A stretch of DNA of 64,000 nucleotides from a virus: IMG/VR virus record IMGVR_UViG_3300012984_000012, positions 65,881 through 129,880 of that record; one strand, written 5' to 3'. Under the pieces are notes generated by a model, which did not search any database, was not told where the DNA came from, and saw nothing but the letters and a program-made list of their open reading frames with translations. The position numbers and the translations under genes are program-made. Shown piece by piece: positions 45,633-55,491 of the stretch; the first letter of the stretch is position 1, and every line of letters begins with the position of its first letter.

Positions 45633-46883
45633 ATGGCAACCTTAGACTTTTTCAGAAACGTCCTACATGAGGACCCAAACTTTTTTGACGAGGGTCCAGC
45701 CGTCGCATCGCCCAAGCCAAACCAGTTCATCACAGGTACGTTTCCGGTCGCTACGTGGACAGCTAGCACCCCCCAACACGCTGTGTTTCCTCAGTCGTCG
45801 TCTGGACAGTCGACCAACAAGGCACAACGTGTTAGACTTAACGTCCTTGCCAAACAAGCCCAAGGAGAATCGCTTGCTTTCGAGGCTGGACAGGACGCAG
45901 TCAACTGGTCACCGATCCCAACGTTCGATCGGTTTGAGCTGACGTCGTTCTCTCCTCAGGATGACGGCGCGACGACGTCGTTCACTTTCGACGTGACGAA
46001 CGTCAGGTACTTTAGGGTCAGACTAAACCAGGCGTTTTCATCTGGCTCAAAAGGAAACATCAGCCTCAGCTTGATCTCTGGTAGCTTTAACGTTGAAGGC
46101 ATCGACACGTCAGAGATCGATGGCTATCGACAAGGTGTCGAGCTCACGCAACAGAAACACTTTGACGCAGGTCTGGCAAAGATCCATGCTGGCGAACCCG
46201 GACACGTCTTACGTCGTAACCGTTACGGCATGGACAAGAACTTTAGGACGGACGCAGCCTTTGAGGAACTCGATTACTTTGACCCGGTCGATTTCATTCG
46301 AGCACAGGACGTTAGTTCTCCCCTGTTCAGCAGCGTCATTACATTTCCCATCATCACAAGTGATAACGATCAGATCGAAAATTACGTTTTCGATGGCGTG
46401 ATCGAACCGTTGACCATCAGGTCGAAGGCATCGTTCTTTAGCATCGAGGTTCCGTTTGAGTCTCATGACGTGAAAGGAGCTGTGATGGGAGGCAACACTG
46501 ACACGACGTTTGCCTCAGACCAAGTGCAGACTGTATACCTTTACGATCTCAAGCAACAGATCGGATTCTTAGACCAATATGCCGACGGGGTGACGTTCCC
46601 AGGTCAGGTCTCTGGCTCTCACAATGCGTCATCAAACGTCGGATTTTTCCTTCACGAGAAACCTCAACTCTCGCCGTTCGTTGACGTTCGGTACCCACGT
46701 AACGCTCCGTTGGCCACGAACTATGATTCTGCGATGAGCGCAGCCTTGAGCCTGATGACCGGTTCAACGGACAGCTACATCAATTTGGCCATCGGAAAGC
46801 GTTCAGCTACCTCAGGATGGGATTACGATACTAATTCCGGAGTAGGTACTGATTCACTGTCTTTCGGAGGAATGGTTCACTAA
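45633..46883 (+). CDS. Putative virion structural protein
   Basis: 416 aa in the structural operon; beta-rich N-domain. Confidence 0.65.
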   Translation: MATLDFFRNVLHEDPNFFDEGPAVASPKPNQFITGTFPVATWTASTPQHAVFPQSSSGQSTNKAQRVRLNVLAKQAQGESLAFEAGQDAVNWSPIPTFDRFELTSFSPQDDGATTSFTFDVTNVRYFRVRLNQAFSSGSKGNISLSLISGSFNVEGIDTSEIDGYRQGVELTQQKHFDAGLAKIHAGEPGHVLRRNRYGMDKNFRTDAAFEELDYFDPVDFIRAQDVSSPLFSSVITFPIITSDNDQIENYVFDGVIEPLTIRSKASFFSIEVPFESHDVKGAVMGGNTDTTFASDQVQTVYLYDLKQQIGFLDQYADGVTFPGQVSGSHNASSNVGFFLHEKPQLSPFVDVRYPRNAPLATNYDSAMSAALSLMTGSTDSYINLAIGKRSATSGWDYDTNSGVGTDSLSFGGMVH

Positions 46884-49800
46884 TGGCTGCTACGCCAAAA
46901 ACCCTAAGAAGCTCACCGCCCCGTCGGTTTGAGAACTACGTCTTAACTCGCTCGACTGCAGCGTCTGTTAACTTGACGAGGGTTCCTGACAACCTGTTTT
47001 TGCCCTGCAGCCCAGGCAGCTCGACAGAGTCTGGCGTCGGTGGTGATAAGGATCCGGGACGTGGATACTCAGATGACGGCATCAGCGTTCCCATCGATAT
47101 CGGATTTGACTTTCAGATCGATGGGATCACGTACAAAAAATTCGCCGTTTGCACGAACGGTTGGATGGTGCTCGTCGATCCGACGACGGGAACGTTCAAC
47201 TCAACAGAGGTCCTCAGCAATCAGGTCTGGACAAACTCTGCTATCAAGCCCATCTTTTCATCGAACGCTGTCTTGTTAGCGCCTTGGTTCGATGACTTAC
47301 GAAACGTCGCTGCCACCACGTCACAGTACATCGCATCCAGCTCTCTATCGTCTGAAAAGGTCGATCGCATCAACAGGGGACTAGAAACGCCTCCTACGTT
47401 CATTAACGCTGGCCAAAACAGTGTCAAGTTCTTTCGCGATGTTCGATCGACAGACGGCCGACGGCTCATCGTTCGTTGGAACTCGTTGTCTGATTTTTCA
47501 ACTCCCAGCACCATCCTGAGATTTGAGGTCGTGATCTACGAAAACGGAAAGATCGAGTTTCGTTACACCCCACGACAAAGCATCAACCTGGTCTTGAATC
47601 CATCGTCGCCCGAAGACGCGACCATCGGTATCTTCATGCCTAACGGAACCGATCGGTTCCGTGATTTTTCGTACGGTCTTGGGTACAGAGACACTGAACG
47701 ACAACAATATCGTTACGGAGGCGCTGTTGTCACCTCAACGTACACCGACACCGACGACCAAGCATTCACCTCAAATTACACCTGTAATCTCAAGCCTTTC
47801 ATTCACTGGCCCGGCCTCAATGCCGCAGGCACTGTTTTCACGTTTTTGCCTCCGATGAATAGGCGAAAGGTGTTACCTCGCTCAGAGATTCGTCGCTTGG
47901 ACAATCGATTAGTCCTACCGACGGTCGCCCGCACGGGAGACAGCCGGCTTGGTAACGACGGGATATCATTTGACGATCGTCGAACGCTGAACTATGTCAC
48001 GTCTAGCACGACACGTGGCATCATGTCCGGGGTGCTTGTCAACGCTCCGTCGATGTTGCAACGTTTTTATGGTGACTCTGAACCTACGTCAATGACGCGA
48101 CAAGACTTGTTTGCGGGTGACTTTGAGTTCACAGCCAGCGTCGTCCAGTCCGTCGTCGACCAGTTTCTTCAAGGCGACGTTCCAAAATCGATCGAACCGT
48201 TTTCAGAATACAAGCTGTTTGAGAACGACGCCGCTGCAGCAACTGATTCGTTTTACGTCAGCGGATCGAGCATTGACGCCTTAGGCGACGGCCTGTCACA
48301 ACCTCTCAAGGCAAAGACGCAGATCAGGATATCGTTTCCAGTCAACAACAACGTCGTGTTGTTCGGCACCGCGTCAACGATTCACTACTACAACATCCGA
48401 GCTGGAGCGTGGGAGGTACCACAAAACTCGAGCTACATCATCGCTAACGGCGCGGTGACTAACAACTCTGGAAAGTCAAAGGGCGACATCGTTATCGATC
48501 GTTCGGCTGATGCCAGTTCGTTACGAATCATTGAAGATCACAAGGGCTTCGGTCCAATTGGTAACACCGTTGCTTCGGGTTCACACGTCAGGACGACGAC
48601 GGGTGACCAGAGCGATGCTAGCATCGGATCTAACTACACCACTGACAACGTCACTCTGGCGCTCAACAAGTCATACGCCAAGTCGATAACGGTCAATGAA
48701 GACTATCGAGCCAACGCTGACGAGGTCTTCAAGCTGCCGATCAATCACTCGTTTTTGATCGAGCGAGCGGTGATCGAGTTACCGTTCGCAGCTGGTAACG
48801 GTTGGTTCGCTGACAAGACGACGTGTATGTCAACGCTAGAAAACAACCCTGCCGGCGGGTTCGATTTTGGTGGACCAGGTCTGACTGTCGCTCTGTTTAA
48901 CCAGTCTGTCATCGGTAACTCGACGCGTCGAGACCTAATCATGTCTGGCGTGATCACACACGCAAATGACAACATCAGCAACATCACGTTTTCTAGCTTT
49001 TCACCGATCACATCGACCTATCAGATCAGGCCCCAAGGTTACCTAGCGTACGGTGGGACGCCTGGGGCGATCGTCACTCCCAGGTCGTCATCAACAGCTG
49101 GTAACTATTTCACGGGTTCGGTGGCTGTCAAGTGTGAGGCGCAGGTCTCAAACGGCGTCATCGTAAAACTCGAGCTAGCGATGACGTCAAGCGACGTTCA
49201 AGCTAACAAGTCAGGCGTCATCGACGTGTTCAATACACCTCAGTTGCCGTTGGTCAATCGAGTGACCAGTCACTACAGCCAGAGCTGTTACATCGCGTAC
49301 GTCAATAACTTTGGACGCGGCGGCACCGGTTTCGATCCTTCTGGGCGAAGCATCTTTGGCAAAGAGTTCATCACGTCCCAGTTGTTGAATGAAAAGGGAA
49401 GGATCGATAACCCGTTCTACTTGACTGGGACAAAAGGTGGAGCGACTAGCCCGTTGTTCAATGGCGTTCCAACGCAGTACGTCAACGGTATCACGGCAGG
49501 TAACACCTTCAAGTTTGAGATGGCATTGCCTCTACAAAACTTCCAACCGTCGCCGTACCTTGTCAATCCCAATGACACGTTGGTGTTAGCTGTCTCGAAG
49601 TCAAGGCCCGTCTTTCTTGGCAGCCAAACGCCGCTACCAAAAACGTCTGGTTCGATTGAGCATGACGTTCAATTGATCACGGGATCGATTAACGTCGTTC
49701 TCTATGGTTGTCTGTTGCGTGAGAACAAGGAATACCATGACACGCTCAATCAACCGTTAGCTTCTGACGCGCTACATGAGATTGTCGTGGGCAACGAACC

Positions 49801-51094
49801 CATCGTTGACCAGTTTGAGGTAGCGTATAGGGACCAGTACATCAACGGTTTTTCTGATGATTTCGTGACCGGGTCACTCATCACAAAAAGCACCCGACCT
49901 GGCAGGCGCCTGACGCTCGCGACGGGTTCACGAGGTCGGGTGTTCAGCGAGTTTAGTGCCAGATTGCAGCCCAGTCCTGACACGTCTTCAGCAGAACTTA
50001 CCGCTAACCCGTCCAAGAACTTTAGATTGCAACCGTGGTGGGAACGATGTGGCTCTCCTCGCGTGTCGAATCACTTCGATGACTCTGAGCGTTACTGGGA
50101 CACGTTGATGCCTGATGTCTCTGTGGCGTTCTCTCAGGACTCCATGCAACTATTCACGATCGCGTCGTCTGATGAGACGATCATCGGTGGAGGCATCGGC
50201 GGGTCGAGCAGGATCAAGGTCAACAACACGGCGTTCGTGATGTTCGATTACAACGATAACCCACCTCGATCTCAAGACAACAGCTGGTCAAGATCGTTCC
50301 CGTACGAACCCAGGTACGCGCCTGCGACGAGGCAGGTCAACATACAAGCCTCGTTCGTCGCCACTGCTCGTCTGGATTCTAGCGCATCACTGCCTCCCGG
50401 CCAGTACCTCGAAGTGACTGACCCGGTGCGATGTGATCTGTTGATGGTAGGTTTTAGCACGTACCAGGCCTACAGCGGGTTTTTTGCATTCACCATCGCA
50501 CAAAAACGAGGTTGGTACGTTGACACTGACCTCAGGACGAACGTCACTGGAGCGATGAGCATCAACGATACTGCCAAGGTTTTGTTTGGATTTGGAGACC
50601 TGAACACGTGTTACAATCTCAACGACACTGACCCGTACGGATCAAACCATTACGCTGAAGGTCGAGTGATCGAGAAGCCAGACGGCATCGTCAATAGCGA
50701 GTGTCATTTTCATTTCGCTCCAGTCATCAGAGGTTGGAAATACGGTGTTCGCAGCGGGATAGCTGAGTATAGTCGTGTGACCTTTCGTCAGGGTCGATAC
50801 GGTCAGTTTCGAGACATGCTTGAACAAAAACCATACACGAAATTCTATCTCGAGACGACTTCGGGTCGTCCTGCTCGCGTTTCAACCTCCGTTGTCAACG
50901 TTAAGTTTGTTGACTCTCTAGGAAACATCACAACCCCTCAGAACACGTCATCGCAAAACTTGAGCACGGAAGTAACCTCGTCAGTGCCATTTTTTGATGG
51001 CGAAATTAGGAACAGAACTAGCATCAACGTGAATACGTTGAATCAGTCAGTTCTTTCCCTCAAGTCTGACCAGTTTGACAACGTGTCGCTTTAA
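46883..51094 (+). CDS. Large virion protein with NIDO-like N-terminal domain
   Basis: DDG.S.PIDIGFDF..DG..Y......TNGW, APWFDDL, FEVVIYENGKIEFRY; C-terminal YGQFRDMLEQ. Confidence 0.65.
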   Translation: MAATPKTLRSSPPRRFENYVLTRSTAASVNLTRVPDNLFLPCSPGSSTESGVGGDKDPGRGYSDDGISVPIDIGFDFQIDGITYKKFAVCTNGWMVLVDPTTGTFNSTEVLSNQVWTNSAIKPIFSSNAVLLAPWFDDLRNVAATTSQYIASSSLSSEKVDRINRGLETPPTFINAGQNSVKFFRDVRSTDGRRLIVRWNSLSDFSTPSTILRFEVVIYENGKIEFRYTPRQSINLVLNPSSPEDATIGIFMPNGTDRFRDFSYGLGYRDTERQQYRYGGAVVTSTYTDTDDQAFTSNYTCNLKPFIHWPGLNAAGTVFTFLPPMNRRKVLPRSEIRRLDNRLVLPTVARTGDSRLGNDGISFDDRRTLNYVTSSTTRGIMSGVLVNAPSMLQRFYGDSEPTSMTRQDLFAGDFEFTASVVQSVVDQFLQGDVPKSIEPFSEYKLFENDAAAATDSFYVSGSSIDALGDGLSQPLKAKTQIRISFPVNNNVVLFGTASTIHYYNIRAGAWEVPQNSSYIIANGAVTNNSGKSKGDIVIDRSADASSLRIIEDHKGFGPIGNTVASGSHVRTTTGDQSDASIGSNYTTDNVTLALNKSYAKSITVNEDYRANADEVFKLPINHSFLIERAVIELPFAAGNGWFADKTTCMSTLENNPAGGFDFGGPGLTVALFNQSVIGNSTRRDLIMSGVITHANDNISNITFSSFSPITSTYQIRPQGYLAYGGTPGAIVTPRSSSTAGNYFTGSVAVKCEAQVSNGVIVKLELAMTSSDVQANKSGVIDVFNTPQLPLVNRVTSHYSQSCYIAYVNNFGRGGTGFDPSGRSIFGKEFITSQLLNEKGRIDNPFYLTGTKGGATSPLFNGVPTQYVNGITAGNTFKFEMALPLQNFQPSPYLVNPNDTLVLAVSKSRPVFLGSQTPLPKTSGSIEHDVQLITGSINVVLYGCLLRENKEYHDTLNQPLASDALHEIVVGNEPIVDQFEVAYRDQYINGFSDDFVTGSLITKSTRPGRRLTLATGSRGRVFSEFSARLQPSPDTSSAELTANPSKNFRLQPWWERCGSPRVSNHFDDSERYWDTLMPDVSVAFSQDSMQLFTIASSDETIIGGGIGGSSRIKVNNTAFVMFDYNDNPPRSQDNSWSRSFPYEPRYAPATRQVNIQASFVATARLDSSASLPPGQYLEVTDPVRCDLLMVGFSTYQAYSGFFAFTIAQKRGWYVDTDLRTNVTGAMSINDTAKVLFGFGDLNTCYNLNDTDPYGSNHYAEGRVIEKPDGIVNSECHFHFAPVIRGWKYGVRSGIAEYSRVTFRQGRYGQFRDMLEQKPYTKFYLETTSGRPARVSTSVVNVKFVDSLGNITTPQNTSSQNLSTEVTSSVPFFDGEIRNRTSINVNTLNQSVLSLKSDQFDNVSL

Positions 51095-51106
51095 CGTGAG
51101 AATTCA

Positions 51107-54100
51107 ATGACGCTTCCGACAAGAGATGAAACGACCAGATCGTTTTTTGTGTTTGCACGAGACACAAACACGGGCGTGATTAAACGCGTCGCCGTACCCT
51201 CAGACCTACAAGTCGGTCTCATCGATAACCCTGCGTCGTTAGACCTGTTTGGCGGGCTGTCTCTTTCAACGAAAGAGTTCTCAACGACTAATGAGAACAT
51301 GGGCGTCATCAAGATCGGAAACCATGACACTGTAGCAGTGGTTTCAAATTCTGTGGCGCCTCCGTCGGGTAGGATTTCGGTGTACCTGCCCGTGAGTCCT
51401 AGAAACGGTCAGCTTCACTTCATCAAAGATGCATCAGGAACTGCGTTAAGCACTCCCATCGACATCTATCCCGCCCCAGGGGTGTTCATTGATGATGAAA
51501 CGACGAAAAGCATCTTTGATAACTTTGGCACGCTCGTGCTTTTTTGGTCGGGCGATCGTTGGCGTGTGCTCATCACGGGCTCAGGATCGGGATCTGGCAT
51601 CGTTCTCACTGCTGATGATTACATCACAATCTTATCAGGATCATCCGGTCCAGTTACGATCAAAAACGGTTACAGCACGGACGCTAGGATTTTTAGCGTG
51701 GGACAGGACTCGTCTATGTTCCCATCTGTTCAAGCGGCCATCAGTGCAATCAATAGCGACCCCGTGCCGCCTGCTGCTGGCAACCGCGTCGTGATCCTCG
51801 TCTGGCCGGGTTATTACGCGTCGACCTCTGTCTGCACGTTGCCAGCGTTTGTTGGCGTTCAAGGCATCAACAAGGGACTCGTTGAGTTCTTCAACTCTAC
51901 GTCTGACATCTTCAAGTTTACGCATGACAACTGGGTTCATGACATCCTGATTGAAGGTTCTGCTAACCCAAACATCTACGCATTCAACGGAAACAACGCA
52001 TCACGTTGTCACATCAGAAACGTTGACATGCTGAGCAACGGCGGTGCGAACCAACAAGGGTTCTTGGTGCAAAGCGGATCGACGTGGGGAACCTGGTTCT
52101 TAGAACACGTCATCGTTGACAGCTACAGGTCATCATCGTACACCTGCCTGATCAAGAACACGGGCGCCGCCGCTCGTTTCGTTGATCTAGTTCTCAATGA
52201 CGTCTTTTTTGACGCATATCACCTGACAGGTTTCGGTGGTTCGTTCGAACTTCAAGGATGTCAGGACATCCGTTTCAAGAACTCAACGATCAGGGGAGGA
52301 AACCAGGCAGGTGGTTCTAGTTTCCATACGGGAATCAGACACGAGCTTGGAGGCGTCTCCGGTATTCCCTCGATCGCTGTCAGACACACCTACGTCGAAG
52401 GCGGCGTCGCCATCTACACTGAACCAGGTTGTGCCATTTCATTGATCAACTCAGATGCAGCTGGCAGCATCTTTGACGGCGGCGATCCGAGTCCTTGGCA
52501 CAACAGCTTTCCATACAATCCAGTCGAAGGGGGCAGCGGATCAGGCGCTGATCCAGGAGCTGCGTTTGTAACGATTGGTAACACCGGATCGCTCTCAAGA
52601 GAGAGAGCCCTTGCTGTCGGATCGGGTCTTCGCCTTGTCGATGGCGGTGCAAATAGCTCAGTTACCCTCAGCTCGCCTTGGACTGAATCATCAACGATCG
52701 TATCGACGACAAGCTCTGTGACAGTCGGTCCAGGCATCACAAACTTTAGCACCACGGGTCCCTACATTGGACCAGCGTTACTCATAACTGCATCAAACCA
52801 GGTCGGGCTTTTTGTCGACGGTCCAGCAGGCGGTGCTGGTGGCGGCATGCAGTTACGCGCTATAGACAGGACTTCTTGGGAGTTGTTGAGCACTGCTGAC
52901 ACGTCTGCGCAAGGCGTGAACAAATTCAACATCAGAAACGTAACGCTCACGATTGATTGTTTCACGATCCTATCGAGCGGTTTCACAGGCATCAGAAACA
53001 CGAACCCACAGTCTGCGTTAGACGTTAACGGTGACATCAACATCGGGGGCAACACGCGTTCGTTGTTTTTCAATGGTACGTCTGGGTCGATCAGGATCGC
53101 AAAGGTTGGCAATGACCTCAAGTTCTTCGACACCTATAACGCTGCAGGCCAGACGCTGTCTCAGCTCGCTGGTGGGGCTGACGTCTCAGCCTCGTACATC
53201 ATCATCGGTAATACTGGTTCGCTTCCTAACGAACGAGCGTTGGTCGCCGGCGCAGGTATCTCGCTCACCGACGGTGGCGCTGGAGGCACGTTAACGATCA
53301 CGAACACGGGCACGCCTGGCAGCGGTGCTGACGTCTCAGCCTCGTACATCGTGGTTGGCGTAACAGGTTCTCTTCCAAACGAACGAGCGCTCACAGCTGG
53401 CACTGGAATCTCGTTTACTGACGGAGGGCCAGGCGGGACTTTCACGATCAACAACACAGGAACCGTCCAAGGTTCTGCTGACGTGTCTGCGTCTTACATC
53501 ACGATCAACAACACGGGCTCGCTCCCTAACGAACGTGCGATAGTAGCAGGTTACGGCATCAATTTTCAGGACGGCGGTGCTAATGACAAATTCATCATCT
53601 CGTTCGCAGGCAGCATCAGCGGTTCGAGCGGTGGAGGCGGAGCTGACGTCTCAGCCTCGTACGTTCTCATCGGAAACACCGGTTCGTTACCAAACGAACG
53701 AGCACTCACTGCCGGATCTGGCATCAGCATCACGGACAATGGCTCTAACAACACTGTTGTGATTAGCGCAACTGGTGGTATCGTCACCGGTTCGTCGATC
53801 AGGGGACAAGCGGCATACCAGGGCTTCACGTCATCTAGCGTTTTCTGGTCTGTGACGAGTTCATGGACAGCCTTTACCGGTGCCATTTCAAGCAACTTCA
53901 CAGACGTTGTCAACCAAAGCATCTCTCGTAACGGTTCATTGTTTCAAACATTGAACGGAGGACTTTATTACTTTCACGCTGGTTTCAATGCGTACGGAAA
54001 CGATGCATACGTCTCTCTAAGACTTCGAAACACTACGACGAATTTTGTCGCACTACAACGTGCGACGTATCGATCGAATCCAACTGACCAAAACCTGGTC

Positions 54101-55483
54101 GTGCTTGATGGTGTCGTGTCATCAACGATCGGTGACACCTGGCAGTTGGAGTACGTGTCATCCGGAACCATACTTCCGTGGACATCATCTAACCCAACCC
54201 CTGATGGGACCAACATGTGCACCGGTGAGGTCAGCATGTTCTTGCTACCTACGCCTTCTGTTTTGTCACAGACGAGCTCGATCTTAACCCGACGCATCGC
54301 GCCAGACTCATTTGATGCAGCTGTTTGGTTGTTCAATGACGCGTCCGGATCGAGCATTTACGCAAACACGGGCGTCTCATCATCCTTTGCGATGACAGCC
54401 TCGTCAGCGACCACGGCGTACACCGGAGCACGACAGTTCTTTGGTAACGTTGGTGAAACTCGGACCAACGGTTACTTTTCGTCCGCAGGCAGCGCAACGA
54501 TGCATTCAACCGGCTCACTGAGCCAGCTGTTCACCCTGTCGACGTGGGTGTACCTCAAGACGTACATCTCGTTCGGTAAGCTGCTCATCAAGGAGTGGCA
54601 GACGACCACCTGGGCGTCTCCTTTCTACATTGGCATGGGCATGCTCAACACCGGCGATGGTAGGTGGGAGATCGTTCACATCAGCAGCACGGGAGCTGGC
54701 GTGTCGTATAGCACGCCTTCTGGCGACGAGGTCGGTCGCATCCCACTGAACGAATGGTGTCACGTGGGTTACACGTATGACGGAGCGTCGCTCAAGGCGT
54801 ACTTGAACGGCGTCATGGTCATCTCACAATCAAGAACCGGCGACACTGGATGGGGATTTAACGGTGACGGTGGGACTTGGAACGTTGGTGGACACAGCCA
54901 ACTCTCGTCTGAGTATGGAAACTGCTTTGTAACTGACGCCCGCGTCGCTTTTGGTATCGCTCGAAACCAAAAATGGTTTGCTGACGTATACGCCAACGGC
55001 GTCGGTTTCTTTACGGGAAGCATCGGAAACTCGTTAAGCACGAACGTAGGTAACGTAACCCCGATCTTTAGCACGCCCATTCTCGCAGGCACTGTAACGA
55101 CGAACACTGCACACTCTGCTAGCAAACAATCGCTTGGCATGGCGTATTTCAACCCTCAGATCGTTCAGAACTTTGGTGGAACTTCTAGGAGGTACTTTTA
55201 CCGCGCGATCGTCGACACGACCTCCATCGAGGCAAACTTGTCAGCCTCGGTCGATCTTTACGATCTGAACGGCATCGTGACGTTCCCGCCGGGCGTCATC
55301 ACAGGTTCGATCATGTCATCTTCGAGCGGGACTTCCGTCCAACTCCAGGCTGAATTGACGACCCTCTTGCAAAACGTCAGCGGCTCGGGCATCCTTGAGG
55401 CTCGCCTGTGGAGGACGGTTTCTGGGACGTTGGCTAGCTCAGTCGCCTGTCGTAACGCTCGTCTTGATGTAGAATTTTCGTGA
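51107..55483 (+). CDS. Tail fibre / receptor-binding protein (beta-helix-like domain, internal repeats, LamG)
   Basis: FPSVQAAISAI...ILVWPGYY (pectin-lyase-like start), GIRNTNPQSALDVNG fibre motif, five ~50-aa repeats, LNEWCHVGYTYDG.SLKAYLNG LamG. Confidence 0.8.
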   Translation: MTLPTRDETTRSFFVFARDTNTGVIKRVAVPSDLQVGLIDNPASLDLFGGLSLSTKEFSTTNENMGVIKIGNHDTVAVVSNSVAPPSGRISVYLPVSPRNGQLHFIKDASGTALSTPIDIYPAPGVFIDDETTKSIFDNFGTLVLFWSGDRWRVLITGSGSGSGIVLTADDYITILSGSSGPVTIKNGYSTDARIFSVGQDSSMFPSVQAAISAINSDPVPPAAGNRVVILVWPGYYASTSVCTLPAFVGVQGINKGLVEFFNSTSDIFKFTHDNWVHDILIEGSANPNIYAFNGNNASRCHIRNVDMLSNGGANQQGFLVQSGSTWGTWFLEHVIVDSYRSSSYTCLIKNTGAAARFVDLVLNDVFFDAYHLTGFGGSFELQGCQDIRFKNSTIRGGNQAGGSSFHTGIRHELGGVSGIPSIAVRHTYVEGGVAIYTEPGCAISLINSDAAGSIFDGGDPSPWHNSFPYNPVEGGSGSGADPGAAFVTIGNTGSLSRERALAVGSGLRLVDGGANSSVTLSSPWTESSTIVSTTSSVTVGPGITNFSTTGPYIGPALLITASNQVGLFVDGPAGGAGGGMQLRAIDRTSWELLSTADTSAQGVNKFNIRNVTLTIDCFTILSSGFTGIRNTNPQSALDVNGDINIGGNTRSLFFNGTSGSIRIAKVGNDLKFFDTYNAAGQTLSQLAGGADVSASYIIIGNTGSLPNERALVAGAGISLTDGGAGGTLTITNTGTPGSGADVSASYIVVGVTGSLPNERALTAGTGISFTDGGPGGTFTINNTGTVQGSADVSASYITINNTGSLPNERAIVAGYGINFQDGGANDKFIISFAGSISGSSGGGGADVSASYVLIGNTGSLPNERALTAGSGISITDNGSNNTVVISATGGIVTGSSIRGQAAYQGFTSSSVFWSVTSSWTAFTGAISSNFTDVVNQSISRNGSLFQTLNGGLYYFHAGFNAYGNDAYVSLRLRNTTTNFVALQRATYRSNPTDQNLVVLDGVVSSTIGDTWQLEYVSSGTILPWTSSNPTPDGTNMCTGEVSMFLLPTPSVLSQTSSILTRRIAPDSFDAAVWLFNDASGSSIYANTGVSSSFAMTASSATTAYTGARQFFGNVGETRTNGYFSSAGSATMHSTGSLSQLFTLSTWVYLKTYISFGKLLIKEWQTTTWASPFYIGMGMLNTGDGRWEIVHISSTGAGVSYSTPSGDEVGRIPLNEWCHVGYTYDGASLKAYLNGVMVISQSRTGDTGWGFNGDGGTWNVGGHSQLSSEYGNCFVTDARVAFGIARNQKWFADVYANGVGFFTGSIGNSLSTNVGNVTPIFSTPILAGTVTTNTAHSASKQSLGMAYFNPQIVQNFGGTSRRYFYRAIVDTTSIEANLSASVDLYDLNGIVTFPPGVITGSIMSSSSGTSVQLQAELTTLLQNVSGSGILEARLWRTVSGTLASSVACRNARLDVEFS
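52544..53770 (+). repeat. Five coding repeats GADVSASY....TGSLPNERAL.AG.GI...DGG
   Basis: Copies at ~52544, 53174, 53324, 53474, 53639; the 21-mer GCTGACGTCTCAGCCTCGTAC is identical at 53177, 53327 and 53642. Confidence 0.9.
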
Positions 55484-55491
55484 GGTAACGA

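Noticed and set aside
52544-53770. Diversity-generating retroelement TR/VR pair
   Set aside because: Repeats are in-frame protein modules; differences are not adenine-specific and no reverse transcriptase is present in the window
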